Virus record (IMG/VR): IMGVR_UViG_3300021356_000007
Coordinates: 27,889-91,888 of that record
DNA: 64,000 nucleotides
Source: a virus
Strand: one strand, 5' to 3'
In this document: piece after piece, positions 1 through 8,104 of the stretch
How positions within the stretch are numbered: position 1 is the stretch's first letter
Layout of the letters: each line of letters starts with the position of its first letter
Program-made: the position numbers and the translations under genes
The notes under the pieces: generated by a model
Databases searched by the model: none
Seen by the model: the letters and a program-made list of their open reading frames with translations, nothing else
What the model was told of the DNA's origin: nothing

Positions 1-658
1 GTTGCTGTCCATACCTTTGTGCATCGAGTCTTAGAGGTTGTTTGGTTTCAACACCTAAGTGAGTCCTGTGTACAGCAAGAGGGGCTCTATCTAATCCTCT
101 CTTTTTCTGAGGACTCATAGTCCTTGACTGTTGTTTAGAACGCCTACTGGTTGCTGATGCGATGTTAGAACCGCCCGGTTGAATCTCAAATTGAGGCTGA
201 CTCCAAGTCTTATCCTTGGCAGTACCCATCTCATCTAACTTAGACTTCATCAAACTAGACCAAGCATCCTCCATAGGCTCACCTGTAGCGAGCATACCGC
301 CCGGTGCAGGCATAGTCCCAGTAGCAGCACCAAGACTGAGGTTACCCATATCGGGCATACCTGTCATAGCACCGAACTGCTGACCTTCATTGAATTGGTC
401 GCTCATCTGTAAAGGGTCTTCTTCTTCCTCCATCATAGGAGGCATCATAGGAGGTTCTTGTTGAGGGATTGATATTTGTAGATGCGGTAGAGTTTCACTC
501 ATAACAGGCTTTTCCTTTTCAGCCTGCTTTTCGTCACGCACCTTTTCCATTTCTTCAGGGTCGCCATAACCATGCTTGTAGTCTTCATCTTTGGAATAAC
601 CAAGATTAGACTCACTTCTAGGTGAGTACATGCGTGTATCAGAACCTGTACTTGGCAT
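1..658 (-). CDS. Hypothetical, probably virion-associated protein (3' end truncated by window edge) with internal TGEPMEDAWSSLMKS motif
   Basis: Not in the ORF track because it runs off the edge. ATG at 658 follows GAGGTGA RBS; hand translation MPSTGSDTRMYSPRSE... is open to position 1; acidic/Pro-Met N-half, basic C-half. Confidence 0.75.
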   Translation of the reverse strand, partial: MPSTGSDTRMYSPRSESNLGYSKDEDYKHGYGDPEEMEKVRDEKQAEKEKPVMSETLPHLQISIPQQEPPMMPPMMEEEEDPLQMSDQFNEGQQFGAMTGMPDMGNLSLGAATGTMPAPGGMLATGEPMEDAWSSLMKSKLDEMGTAKDKTWSQPQFEIQPGGSNIASATSRRSKQQSRTMSPQKKRGLDRAPLAVHRTHLGVETKQPLRLDAQRYGQQ

Positions 659-669
659 GTTTCTTCACC

Positions 670-1371
670 TCATAAAATGTCAAGGATGTCCTCATCCACT
701 GTTCCATCAGCGTTGGCGAGTAGGCTGGCCTTGACTCGCTTCCATACATCGGTACTTTCTTTGCCTAATTCAACTTTGAGGACATTTATCGTATTATTGG
801 CTACATTTGTAGATGGTTCAGCCCATTTTTCTTGGTAAGCACTCAAATCCTTGAGTGTCTCTCTGACCTCTTTGTGGAGTCTTACCATGTCACTGATGAC
901 ACCGTCATCGTGTATGTTGGTTTCTTCCATATACTGTGCTAACTTACCGTTCAGTCCTTGTACATTGTTCCTAAGAATATCAATTTCTTCGCCTACTTTG
1001 ATAGCAACTACGGCTGCGGAACTCTTTCTAACTAGAGGCTGGAAGTGTTGCTTCATGTGTCTATACACTGAATCTTCACTGCACTCTAGTTCCGTGGCAA
1101 TATCGTCACTGGTCCTTTCACCTTCAAAATATGCTACTTCCAATTCCTTTCGATTCTCGCTAGTGCATACTGCACATGAATGATTAGAAGTAGAATGATA
1201 TTCACCTACATGATTTTTCATGTGACGCTCTGCTGTGTTGGCTCTCCAGCCCATATCTTTATCCATTATTTGGGGGTTAGCGATACCGTCAATGATACTC
1301 TGCTCTAAAGCATCACGGTCACCATGTTGACAAAAAGAACAACTTCTCTTTGTCTGACGAGTACCTCCCAT
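670..1371 (-). CDS. Protein with two tandem CxxC...HTH...RHxxxH (Zn/HTH) units and a C-terminal coiled coil; terminase small subunit-like candidate
   Basis: CSFCQH..RDALE...ERHMKNH and CAVCTS..RKELE...YRHMKQH repeats followed by a heptad-like helix; start moved to MGGTRQ. Confidence 0.5.
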   Translation of the reverse strand: MGGTRQTKRSCSFCQHGDRDALEQSIIDGIANPQIMDKDMGWRANTAERHMKNHVGEYHSTSNHSCAVCTSENRKELEVAYFEGERTSDDIATELECSEDSVYRHMKQHFQPLVRKSSAAVVAIKVGEEIDILRNNVQGLNGKLAQYMEETNIHDDGVISDMVRLHKEVRETLKDLSAYQEKWAEPSTNVANNTINVLKVELGKESTDVWKRVKASLLANADGTVDEDILDIL

Positions 1372-1431
1372 ACCATGTCGGAGGGGGCTGGTATGAATAA
1401 CCTTTTTGAATGGGAAGGTTACCCTCATTTT

Positions 1432-1743
1432 GTGAAACTGCCTAGAATTAAGCCCAAAATCATGGGTGTACCTGTTTCTATAGAAACTGCTCGTGGCTTG
1501 TCAAGAGCCTCTAAGGATATATTAAGAAAAAGAGTAGTCCCTGAAGAAATAAAGCAAGAAAGACTCGACATTTGTATGTCCTGTCCCAGTTGGAAAAACT
1601 ACAGATGTATGGAATGTGGTTGTCAAATGCGTGTCAAGACTACACTAACATCGAGCAGATGCCCCAAAGGTAAATGGAAAGAGTACCTAGACTTCAGAAA
1701 TACGGGAATAAATACCAGTCAACATGAAGAAAGCACCGAATAA
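1432..1743 (+). CDS. Small Cys-rich protein (DUF6171-like)
   Basis: ERLDICMSCP...CMECGC...CPKGKW pattern; start uncertain (1324, 1432 or 1462). Confidence 0.6.
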   Translation: MKLPRIKPKIMGVPVSIETARGLSRASKDILRKRVVPEEIKQERLDICMSCPSWKNYRCMECGCQMRVKTTLTSSRCPKGKWKEYLDFRNTGINTSQHEESTE

Positions 1744-1929
1744 TCCCAGCACAAGGTAAGCCATTGTATTACTAGCCATCTTGCCACCTGATGTCAGCAG
1801 TAAAACTGTGAGAGTGACTATTATTGTCAATAGTTGAACCATAACCATGTCAATGATTACACTTTTACGAGGTGCAAATATTTCCATAGCAGTCCCTGAA
1901 AAGCCAGCAATTGGTGTAAAATCCTTCAT
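1687..1929 (-). CDS. Small two-TM membrane protein, last gene of the GTPase operon
   Basis: Two hydrophobic stretches (VIIDMVMVQLLTIIVTLTVLLL; MAYLVLGLFGAFFMLTGIY); GAGGTGA RBS. Confidence 0.75.
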   Translation of the reverse strand: MKDFTPIAGFSGTAMEIFAPRKSVIIDMVMVQLLTIIVTLTVLLLTSGGKMASNTMAYLVLGLFGAFFMLTGIYSRISEV

Positions 1930-1934
1930 CTATA

Positions 1935-2567
1935 TCACCTCGTACCCATAAAATTACCCATGAACTTACCCGCAGCAGAACCTGCCTTGTCCATCAGATT
2001 GTCATTAGCCAGTGCAGCACTCAAAGCCCCGCCCATCATAGATTGTTGAGCGAAAGCAGCAATCTGCTGTTGCTGCATCTCTGCGTTTTGAATACTCTGT
2101 TGACTTGCCATCTGTAAATTACTGAACTGACCTTTGACATTCTCTGCACTCATAGTCTGTAGACTATCAGGTAGAGAAGTTACATCCATTTTCATTGTCC
2201 CTTCTTTGTCGTTAATCACGAATTCGGCATTCTTTAGTATCTCAAGTACAGAAAAACTCACTAAATCGTTCATCATTTGTAAGAAAACAGCCATCTGAGC
2301 CCCTACTACGAACCTATCAATAGGTGCAAGTGAGCGCATCATAGCCATTTGTATCTCCATTTCACTCGGAGGTTGTATAGGTTGCTGCATCATATTCGCT
2401 TGCATACCCATTCCGCCCATCATTCCGCCCACAAATGTATTCTGAGAAGCCTGTTGCATCATACCTTGTGGTGCGAATGGGTTCATTTGGGCAGCCATTG
2501 GGCTAGAATTACCTTGTGCGCTGAGATTCAGTGCGCCGTTTTGCTGTTGTCCATTACCAAATATCAT
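1935..2567 (-). CDS. Gln/Met/Gly-rich low-complexity protein
   Basis: 210-aa ORF with GAGGTGA RBS, tightly spaced in the operon. Confidence 0.75.
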   Translation of the reverse strand: MIFGNGQQQNGALNLSAQGNSSPMAAQMNPFAPQGMMQQASQNTFVGGMMGGMGMQANMMQQPIQPPSEMEIQMAMMRSLAPIDRFVVGAQMAVFLQMMNDLVSFSVLEILKNAEFVINDKEGTMKMDVTSLPDSLQTMSAENVKGQFSNLQMASQQSIQNAEMQQQQIAAFAQQSMMGGALSAALANDNLMDKAGSAAGKFMGNFMGTR

Positions 2568-2578
2568 ATCTTTTCACC

Positions 2579-3592
2579 TCATACTGTGGATTGTGTAAAT
2601 ATACCTTGCTCTGTCTGTGGCAGGACATCCTGATTGATAACACCATTGGCATTTTCTTGGGGTAAACTCTGCGCTACACTAGGTTGAGGGACTTGATTTA
2701 TACCCAATTGAGTGATAGCATCGGACAAAGTAGGGCTCATATTAGCCATTTCTTGTTGAAATAGCCTCAAATCGAACACAATCATAGTCACATCGTTGAT
2801 TCCAGTCTCAGGATTCTTGTAATGTAATAGGTTAATACCGTTATATGCCTTAGAATCCTTCTCTAATTGCATGAAAAATGGCTCATATTTCTTCAATAAT
2901 TCAGGTGTATTGTCCTTCTTTTTGACTACTGCAATGGGTACAGCGACTGTAGAAACGCCCTTTTTCACCATTTCTTTCATGCCCATGCTAGTTTTATTGT
3001 GGTCTTTGTCTGCTTCAGACTCCCATTTGCACAATAAATGGTACAAATGTAGGTGTTCAGGGCAATATGTACCCTTCATTTTCCTACCATTAGTAACTTG
3101 TTCTCTTGCTACAAAGGCTTCAGGGGCATTAGTTACAGGGTTTTTCCAATACATTTCCCACAAACTCTTACCTGAAACCTCATCTGTAATCTTAGCATAG
3201 AGATTATCATACTTGATTAACTCTTCACAGTCACAACCATCAATCACACAAAGATTACTTTGTCTATTATATCTATATTTTCTACCCCAAATCCACCTTA
3301 GAGGACTGTACCACTTACGCTTAGTAGGTGTCAAAAGCCTTCTCGCACTTCTGATGTCTTGTTTTCTTGCCTTTCTTGGGTCAGGGTGACGACTTGGGTA
3401 GAAATTCACCTTTGGAACTTCTATATTCTGCTTAGCAATTTCTTGCATACCTTGTTGAGCAGCCTGCATTTCGAGTAACTGTTCATGACTAGCATTACCC
3501 TGCTGGCTCAAAGCCATCATGTGCGCCTGACTCATATTAGCCAAATTCACATCCCCTTGTGGGACTCTTCCATATCCGCCTATCCTCATCAT
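2579..3592 (-). CDS. Hypothetical protein with Gln-rich termini and a Cys/His core (CVIDGC; YCPEHLH)
   Basis: 337-aa ORF, AGGTGA RBS, operon context. Confidence 0.75.
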   Translation of the reverse strand: MMRIGGYGRVPQGDVNLANMSQAHMMALSQQGNASHEQLLEMQAAQQGMQEIAKQNIEVPKVNFYPSRHPDPRKARKQDIRSARRLLTPTKRKWYSPLRWIWGRKYRYNRQSNLCVIDGCDCEELIKYDNLYAKITDEVSGKSLWEMYWKNPVTNAPEAFVAREQVTNGRKMKGTYCPEHLHLYHLLCKWESEADKDHNKTSMGMKEMVKKGVSTVAVPIAVVKKKDNTPELLKKYEPFFMQLEKDSKAYNGINLLHYKNPETGINDVTMIVFDLRLFQQEMANMSPTLSDAITQLGINQVPQPSVAQSLPQENANGVINQDVLPQTEQGIFTQSTV

Positions 3593-3600
3593 AATATCAC

Positions 3601-4317
3601 CTAACTTAGTAACTCCATCATTGTATTTTCAACATTCCAGCCTATTCTTGTAGCCATCATTCCCCTCTTCGTAGGAACGCCCGCTTTTTGGAGGCGTACA
3701 AGGTCTTCTCTGAAGGGGTCGAACATCTTGTGTTCACCCAATCTTTGTTGCTGCCAAAGTATATTGGCTTGCTCATCCCACCATTCATCTGCTTTATTTG
3801 CAACCAACATAATAGTCTTTGGAACATACTTTTTACCTCTCAATCTACTTTTAAAATTTCTATAACGATACTGCCTGTGGAGTATTGAATCTACGAGGAA
3901 CTTAAAACCCCCCACTGCTTGTACTGCTGGGTCTCCACCTAATGTAGTTCTGTTATCAAATAAGAATATAATGGCTTCAACTTGTCTATTAACCATATCA
4001 TCTATCCAAAGATTCCAAAACCTTTCCTCACCTGCTATGTCAGAAGAATAAACTACTCTCTTGTCACCTTTCCAAGCAACTCTTTTTCTTGTAGGGTTTG
4101 GTAACAAGAATCTGTTTATACCCGGCACTTTGAAATGTTTAGTCCTTTCACTAAGAGGTATCTCTTCCATTTCGCCCGGTGTTGTCATGTAGCGGTCAAG
4201 TGTAGTCTTACCTACCATTGTCGGTCCGTACACCCCTACTCTTCTTGGCTTCCAGTAGTGGTAGAATTCCTTAGCGAACACCACTCCGCCAACTAAAGCA
4301 CTACCACCCAATGACAT
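3601..4317 (-). CDS. Ras-superfamily (Arf/Rab-like) small GTPase with N-terminal hydrophobic helix
   Basis: G1 GPTMVGKTT, G2-like RT, G3 DIAGEERF, G4 ANKAD; N-terminus MSLGGSALVGGVVFA. Confidence 0.85.
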   Translation of the reverse strand: MSLGGSALVGGVVFAKEFYHYWKPRRVGVYGPTMVGKTTLDRYMTTPGEMEEIPLSERTKHFKVPGINRFLLPNPTRKRVAWKGDKRVVYSSDIAGEERFWNLWIDDMVNRQVEAIIFLFDNRTTLGGDPAVQAVGGFKFLVDSILHRQYRYRNFKSRLRGKKYVPKTIMLVANKADEWWDEQANILWQQQRLGEHKMFDPFREDLVRLQKAGVPTKRGMMATRIGWNVENTMMELLS

Positions 4318-4318
4318 T

Positions 4319-4576
4319 TCAATTTCTCCAACTGAATATAGCGTCAGACCACTCTCTTAACTTTTCTTTGAGCCAGTCTCCAGTTGACTCCCATAAATTC
4401 CAATCAGTGTAAAACTCAAACGCACTGACTACAAACGCAGTACAAACAGAAAAAATGACGGTCCTAATCCAGCCCCACCCTCTTTCGTATGCTACATCAA
4501 CCGTATTGGCTATGTGCATACTCCTCAGTGTTTCTTCAACTGCGTCATCACTGGGGGTCTTGAAGATTCGACCCAT
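4319..4576 (-). CDS. Small single-TM protein with Trp-rich amphipathic C-terminus
   Basis: GWGWIRTVIFSVCTAFVVSAF hydrophobic segment; stop lies 1 nt from the GTPase start. Confidence 0.75.
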   Translation of the reverse strand: MGRIFKTPSDDAVEETLRSMHIANTVDVAYERGWGWIRTVIFSVCTAFVVSAFEFYTDWNLWESTGDWLKEKLREWSDAIFSWRN

Positions 4577-4582
4577 AAGTTA

Positions 4583-5137
4583 TCACTTCTCCTTTTTCTT
4601 GAATGTCCCATCTGCGTTTCTCTTTCTCTTAGCGTCTTTTTCATCATCAGTTTCTTCGAATGTTAAACCAAGTGACATAGGCTCTTTTGATACTGGTTGA
4701 GTTGCTGGTACAAAATCAGCAGTGCTAGTAGTAGGTGGATTCATCCTTTCTTGAATCCAAGGTGGAGTTTGACCGGGGTTTTGCTCAAGCCAGTTTAGTT
4801 CAGCCTCCAACTGTGCTTCTTGAAGTCTTAATTCCATGTCTTGTCTTCTACGGTCAAAGTTCATCTCCATACTTCTGTACCTTGTTTTTCTCTGTTTTTC
4901 CTGTGCGGCCAATCTCGCTCTTTCATCCATACCTTGTTGGAAGAACATTTTGAAAAGATAGTACGCTACACCCTGAACAGCAAATGCTGCCATAGCATAA
5001 GTAATTCCGTTAACTGTAGGGTCGTCTAATTTTAACCAGTATTCTGCATCGAAAACGGCTATTGCTATACCGATTGATACGGCTTGGGTGAGTATCAAAC
5101 CCATCAATCTTATTTCTGCTTGGTCTACATCTCTCAT
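4583..5137 (-). CDS. Two-TM membrane protein with long cytoplasmic coiled coil
   Basis: Two hydrophobic helices followed by a charged heptad segment (DERARLAAQEKQRK...LQEAQLEAELNW); start placed at MRDVDQ. Confidence 0.75.
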   Translation of the reverse strand: MRDVDQAEIRLMGLILTQAVSIGIAIAVFDAEYWLKLDDPTVNGITYAMAAFAVQGVAYYLFKMFFQQGMDERARLAAQEKQRKTRYRSMEMNFDRRRQDMELRLQEAQLEAELNWLEQNPGQTPPWIQERMNPPTTSTADFVPATQPVSKEPMSLGLTFEETDDEKDAKRKRNADGTFKKKEK

Positions 5138-5221
5138 TGTCTCTCTGCCACTCTGCAAAGTTATCCCTCTAACCTTCTGCAAGACCACTGCGTAAATAAA
5201 GGTATCACAAAATTAGAAGGC

Positions 5222-5257
5222 GGGTCGGCAGGGAATGAGAGAGAACCTGACCGACCC
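5222..5257 (-). terminator. Intergenic stem-loop (possible terminator or processing site)
   Basis: GGGTCGG-CAGG ... CCTG-A-CCGACCC inverted repeat just downstream of ORF 5277-6572. Confidence 0.5.
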
Positions 5258-5276
5258 ATGTGTTGTAATTATATCA

Positions 5277-6572
5277 TCAATCTTTTTTCTTTTCAGAATC
5301 AAGTTTTTCCCTCTTGCCATTCTTTGAAGGGCCCGGGCCTGCTTTAGAACCGATAACAATAACCATGCCATGTGCTGGCTTTTTGCTACCTTCTTTTTTG
5401 TTCAAATCTTCTTCACCTTTACCGTCAGCAGCGAACTTAGGGACTTTCTTGCCCTCATGCTCTACCATTTCCAGTTCTCCCTTAGCCGTACATCCCATTT
5501 TATTGACGCAGTTTTCTTTACCGCATCCGGGGCATTTAGCCTTAGACATTTCTTCATTCATCCCGTAAGGGCAGGTCATTTTACCGATGCACTCAGGTTT
5601 AGCGCATCCAGCGCACCTTGCTTTGTACATCATATCTTCAACTTGCTTCTTTATTTCTTCGCCTATATTGTTTGTAAACATATACTCACCTAATGATTTC
5701 CTAGTCCCGCCATACTCTGCCTGTTGTTCGAAAGCAGAACCCTGATTCGGATTCCAAATCTCTCTATCAAGAACAGAACTACTCTGAACATTGGAAATAT
5801 CACCCATACCTGCATTAGTCTGACCTAGACCAAATGTTGAACCTGAACCACCCCCACCAATCAAAGACGAAAGGTTTGTCCCTTGCCCGCCACCGCCACC
5901 ACCGGGCGTATTATTTTGCATATAATTCAGACCTGCCATACCGAGTCCTACTGCACCTGCACCCAAAGCACCAAGACCAGCCATTCTTCCAAGAGAAATA
6001 GACTCGTCTACTCCTTTAGCACCCCTTCCAATTTGACTGTAAGCACCTTGTCTGAAAGCACCCCTACGGGCAGCATCTGTTCCGGCTTCTCTTGCCATTC
6101 TTCGAGTATAAGGTTGGTTTCTTGCTAGTTCAAATAATCGAGCGTCTGCGTTAGCAGCAGTCACAGGAGGAAGTTGTCGGCTGACTGCATCAGCCTGCTC
6201 TCTTGCAATACGGTTTCTAGTAGCAGTTTCTGCTGCTTCTCTTGCTGCTGCTCTCTGTGAAGCAATTTGAGCCCCTCTTCTTCCAGCGAGTCTTCCCACT
6301 CCCTTAGCACCTAACTTAACTGCTGCACCTGCACCAAGACCTTGAGCCATTCCTGTACCAAACTCAAGTGCATTAGAACCAAAACTATCGTCACCTTCAG
6401 CGAGTTCCATACCAATGAATGGGTCTGTGATTTGATTATCACGGACATTCTTATAACCTTGATAAGCACCATAGCCCAATAATGCCAATGGTATAAGCGG
6501 AAGTGCCTTGTTTACGGTGTCTTCTTTAACCACCGACCATGCTCGGTCAATCGGCGAAATAGATTCCGACAT
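5277..6572 (-). CDS. Gly/Ala-rich putative internal virion/ejection protein with AWxxxK leader, hydrophobic glycine zippers and a duplicated Cys motif
   Basis: SPIDRAWSVVKE leader; ALPLIPLALLGYGAY; GRMAGLGALGAGAVGLGMAG; KARCAGCAKPEC and KAKCPGCGKENC. Confidence 0.65.
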   Translation of the reverse strand: MSESISPIDRAWSVVKEDTVNKALPLIPLALLGYGAYQGYKNVRDNQITDPFIGMELAEGDDSFGSNALEFGTGMAQGLGAGAAVKLGAKGVGRLAGRRGAQIASQRAAAREAAETATRNRIAREQADAVSRQLPPVTAANADARLFELARNQPYTRRMAREAGTDAARRGAFRQGAYSQIGRGAKGVDESISLGRMAGLGALGAGAVGLGMAGLNYMQNNTPGGGGGGQGTNLSSLIGGGGSGSTFGLGQTNAGMGDISNVQSSSVLDREIWNPNQGSAFEQQAEYGGTRKSLGEYMFTNNIGEEIKKQVEDMMYKARCAGCAKPECIGKMTCPYGMNEEMSKAKCPGCGKENCVNKMGCTAKGELEMVEHEGKKVPKFAADGKGEEDLNKKEGSKKPAHGMVIVIGSKAGPGPSKNGKREKLDSEKKKD

Positions 6573-6750
6573 GAATATCCCCATGCTGTTTGTTTTCATA
6601 AGCCTGTTGCAAGTAATGGTAACTTTCTGCGGCTTCAACAAGTAGGTTCATAGCCTCTATGCTACCGTCTTGAAGGTCTTGTATCTTACTCAAGTTGTAT
6701 TCACTAACCTTGAGTAACTCTTTCAAAAGTGTGTTCCAAAAATCTTCCAA
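6547..6750 (-). CDS. Small hypothetical protein (TTG start; MEDFWNTLLKE leader variant)
   Basis: Purine-rich RBS before TTG; fills the gap in the operon. Confidence 0.55.
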   Translation of the reverse strand: MEDFWNTLLKELLKVSEYNLSKIQDLQDGSIEAMNLLVEAAESYHYLQQAYENKQHGDIHVGIYFAD

Positions 6751-6760
6751 GTCAGTCCCT

Positions 6761-7324
6761 CTACCTAACCAGTACTATATCTGATTTAAGAGTACCTCGT
6801 TCTTTGAAATGTCGGGCTCTGTTGCTATGAGGGTCTTCTGCTACCAAAGTGTGGTCTTTGGTGTGACTCATATCAGGTCCACCCTGTCCGTAAATACCTC
6901 TTTTCCTGCGCTCACGATTCAACTCTTCACGATACTTGACACGCTTAGGACTAGACTCATACTTCTTGTCATACTCCAACTTGTGCCTTTTGGCTTCAGG
7001 GCTGACAGGACTCTTGATAACCAAGACTCCTTTGACAATAGTAGGCTTACCGCCGACACCTTGTTTCTTAGCACGCTTTCTTTTGGTAGCAGCCTGCTTC
7101 TGACCGCTAGTCATTTCACCACTGGTCTTGGGTGTTTTGCTGCTGACTCTCACACTTGGTCTACACTTTGGATAGCCTTTGCTTCCTTTCTTGGCTTTCG
7201 ACCTACCACAAGGAGGGTGCTTACCATCCTTGTCTTTACGACTGACATCTACCCACTTTTCTTTGAACCATCTGTTGAGGTTCTTGACAACTAATGTGTC
7301 ATGACAAGTGCATCTATCGTTCAT
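6761..7324 (-). CDS. Highly basic two-module protein: N-terminal LNRWFKEKWVD module (DUF5872-like) and C-terminal degenerate HNH-like module
   Basis: K/R-rich; PCGR...YPKCRP; GPDMSH...HSNRARH. Confidence 0.55.
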   Translation of the reverse strand: MNDRCTCHDTLVVKNLNRWFKEKWVDVSRKDKDGKHPPCGRSKAKKGSKGYPKCRPSVRVSSKTPKTSGEMTSGQKQAATKRKRAKKQGVGGKPTIVKGVLVIKSPVSPEAKRHKLEYDKKYESSPKRVKYREELNRERRKRGIYGQGGPDMSHTKDHTLVAEDPHSNRARHFKERGTLKSDIVLVR

Positions 7325-7527
7325 TTTTTACCCGCCCAAGCATCACATACATGGTCTGCTCGACACATGAAGTCGTACCATTCACAATAGCCCGTCATAG
7401 GGTCATCGGTCTTCGAGGAGTCCCACGCTTTACAATTACCGCACTTTTCAGAGCCAGTGGCTTTTCTATAATTAGGCGCATCCTCTTTGCCCTTAATTAT
7501 AGCCCACGCTTCTTCGAGAGGTATCAT
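7321..7527 (-). CDS. Small HiPIP-like four-Cys protein with AWxxxK leader
   Basis: PNYR....KCGNC...GYC...VCDAW resembles high-potential iron-sulfur protein Cys spacing; leader PLEEAWAIIKG. Confidence 0.5.
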   Translation of the reverse strand: MIPLEEAWAIIKGKEDAPNYRKATGSEKCGNCKAWDSSKTDDPMTGYCEWYDFMCRADHVCDAWAGKK

Positions 7528-7727
7528 TTCTTCTTCCCCTTTTTCTTACCACGGAACTTACCCTTACAGTATTGAACAGCCCAGCCATTTGCATAAGCAG
7601 ATGGATAAACTTTGAATTTTCTTTTTGCTGCTGCTTTACCAGCAGGACAGAGTTTCTTTTCTAAAAAATCAAAAGCAGAGTCGATACCTATGCAATGTCC
7701 ACAGTCGCACTCACTCAACAGTTCCAC
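7524..7727 (-). CDS. Small basic protein (KFKVYPSAYANGW motif, DUF5872-like)
   Basis: Motif common in small basic phage proteins; Cys-containing leader ending in SAFDFLEKK. Confidence 0.55.
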   Translation of the reverse strand: MELLSECDCGHCIGIDSAFDFLEKKLCPAGKAAAKRKFKVYPSAYANGWAVQYCKGKFRGKKKGKKK

Positions 7728-8104
7728 CTCTTTAATGCCGCACCTTTAGGTGTTAATTTACCTTTTTTACTGGTTGGACCTTTAACTCCACTCATACGAG
7801 CACAGAATGATTTTCTCCTTTTCGATGCCTTGCTACCCCTTTTTAGTTTAGAAGGCTTCTTAGTGACAGGTCTTTTCAGATTTGCGCCCGTCTTACGCTT
7901 TGCTGCCGCACGACCCTTAGCATTGAGTCCTCCAGTCTTGGCGTGTTTGTTAGGATTGTAACCGTGGAAAGGTTTTGACTTTTTCTTGGCTTTCATAACC
8001 GCAAGACTGAGTTCCATAGGACTACAGCAATCACAGAAATTGACATCCGACCAGTCGGTTTTACCTACAATGTCAGCCTCAGTCAACCATTCTATATCTG
8101 TCAT
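7715..8104 (-). CDS. Small basic protein (RRKSFCARM...ALKRWNC motif)
   Basis: Acidic Cys leader ending in AVMKA, then a very K/R-rich domain; ATG overlaps the upstream TGA. Confidence 0.6.
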   Translation of the reverse strand: MTDIEWLTEADIVGKTDWSDVNFCDCCSPMELSLAVMKAKKKSKPFHGYNPNKHAKTGGLNAKGRAAAKRKTGANLKRPVTKKPSKLKRGSKASKRRKSFCARMSGVKGPTSKKGKLTPKGAALKRWNC

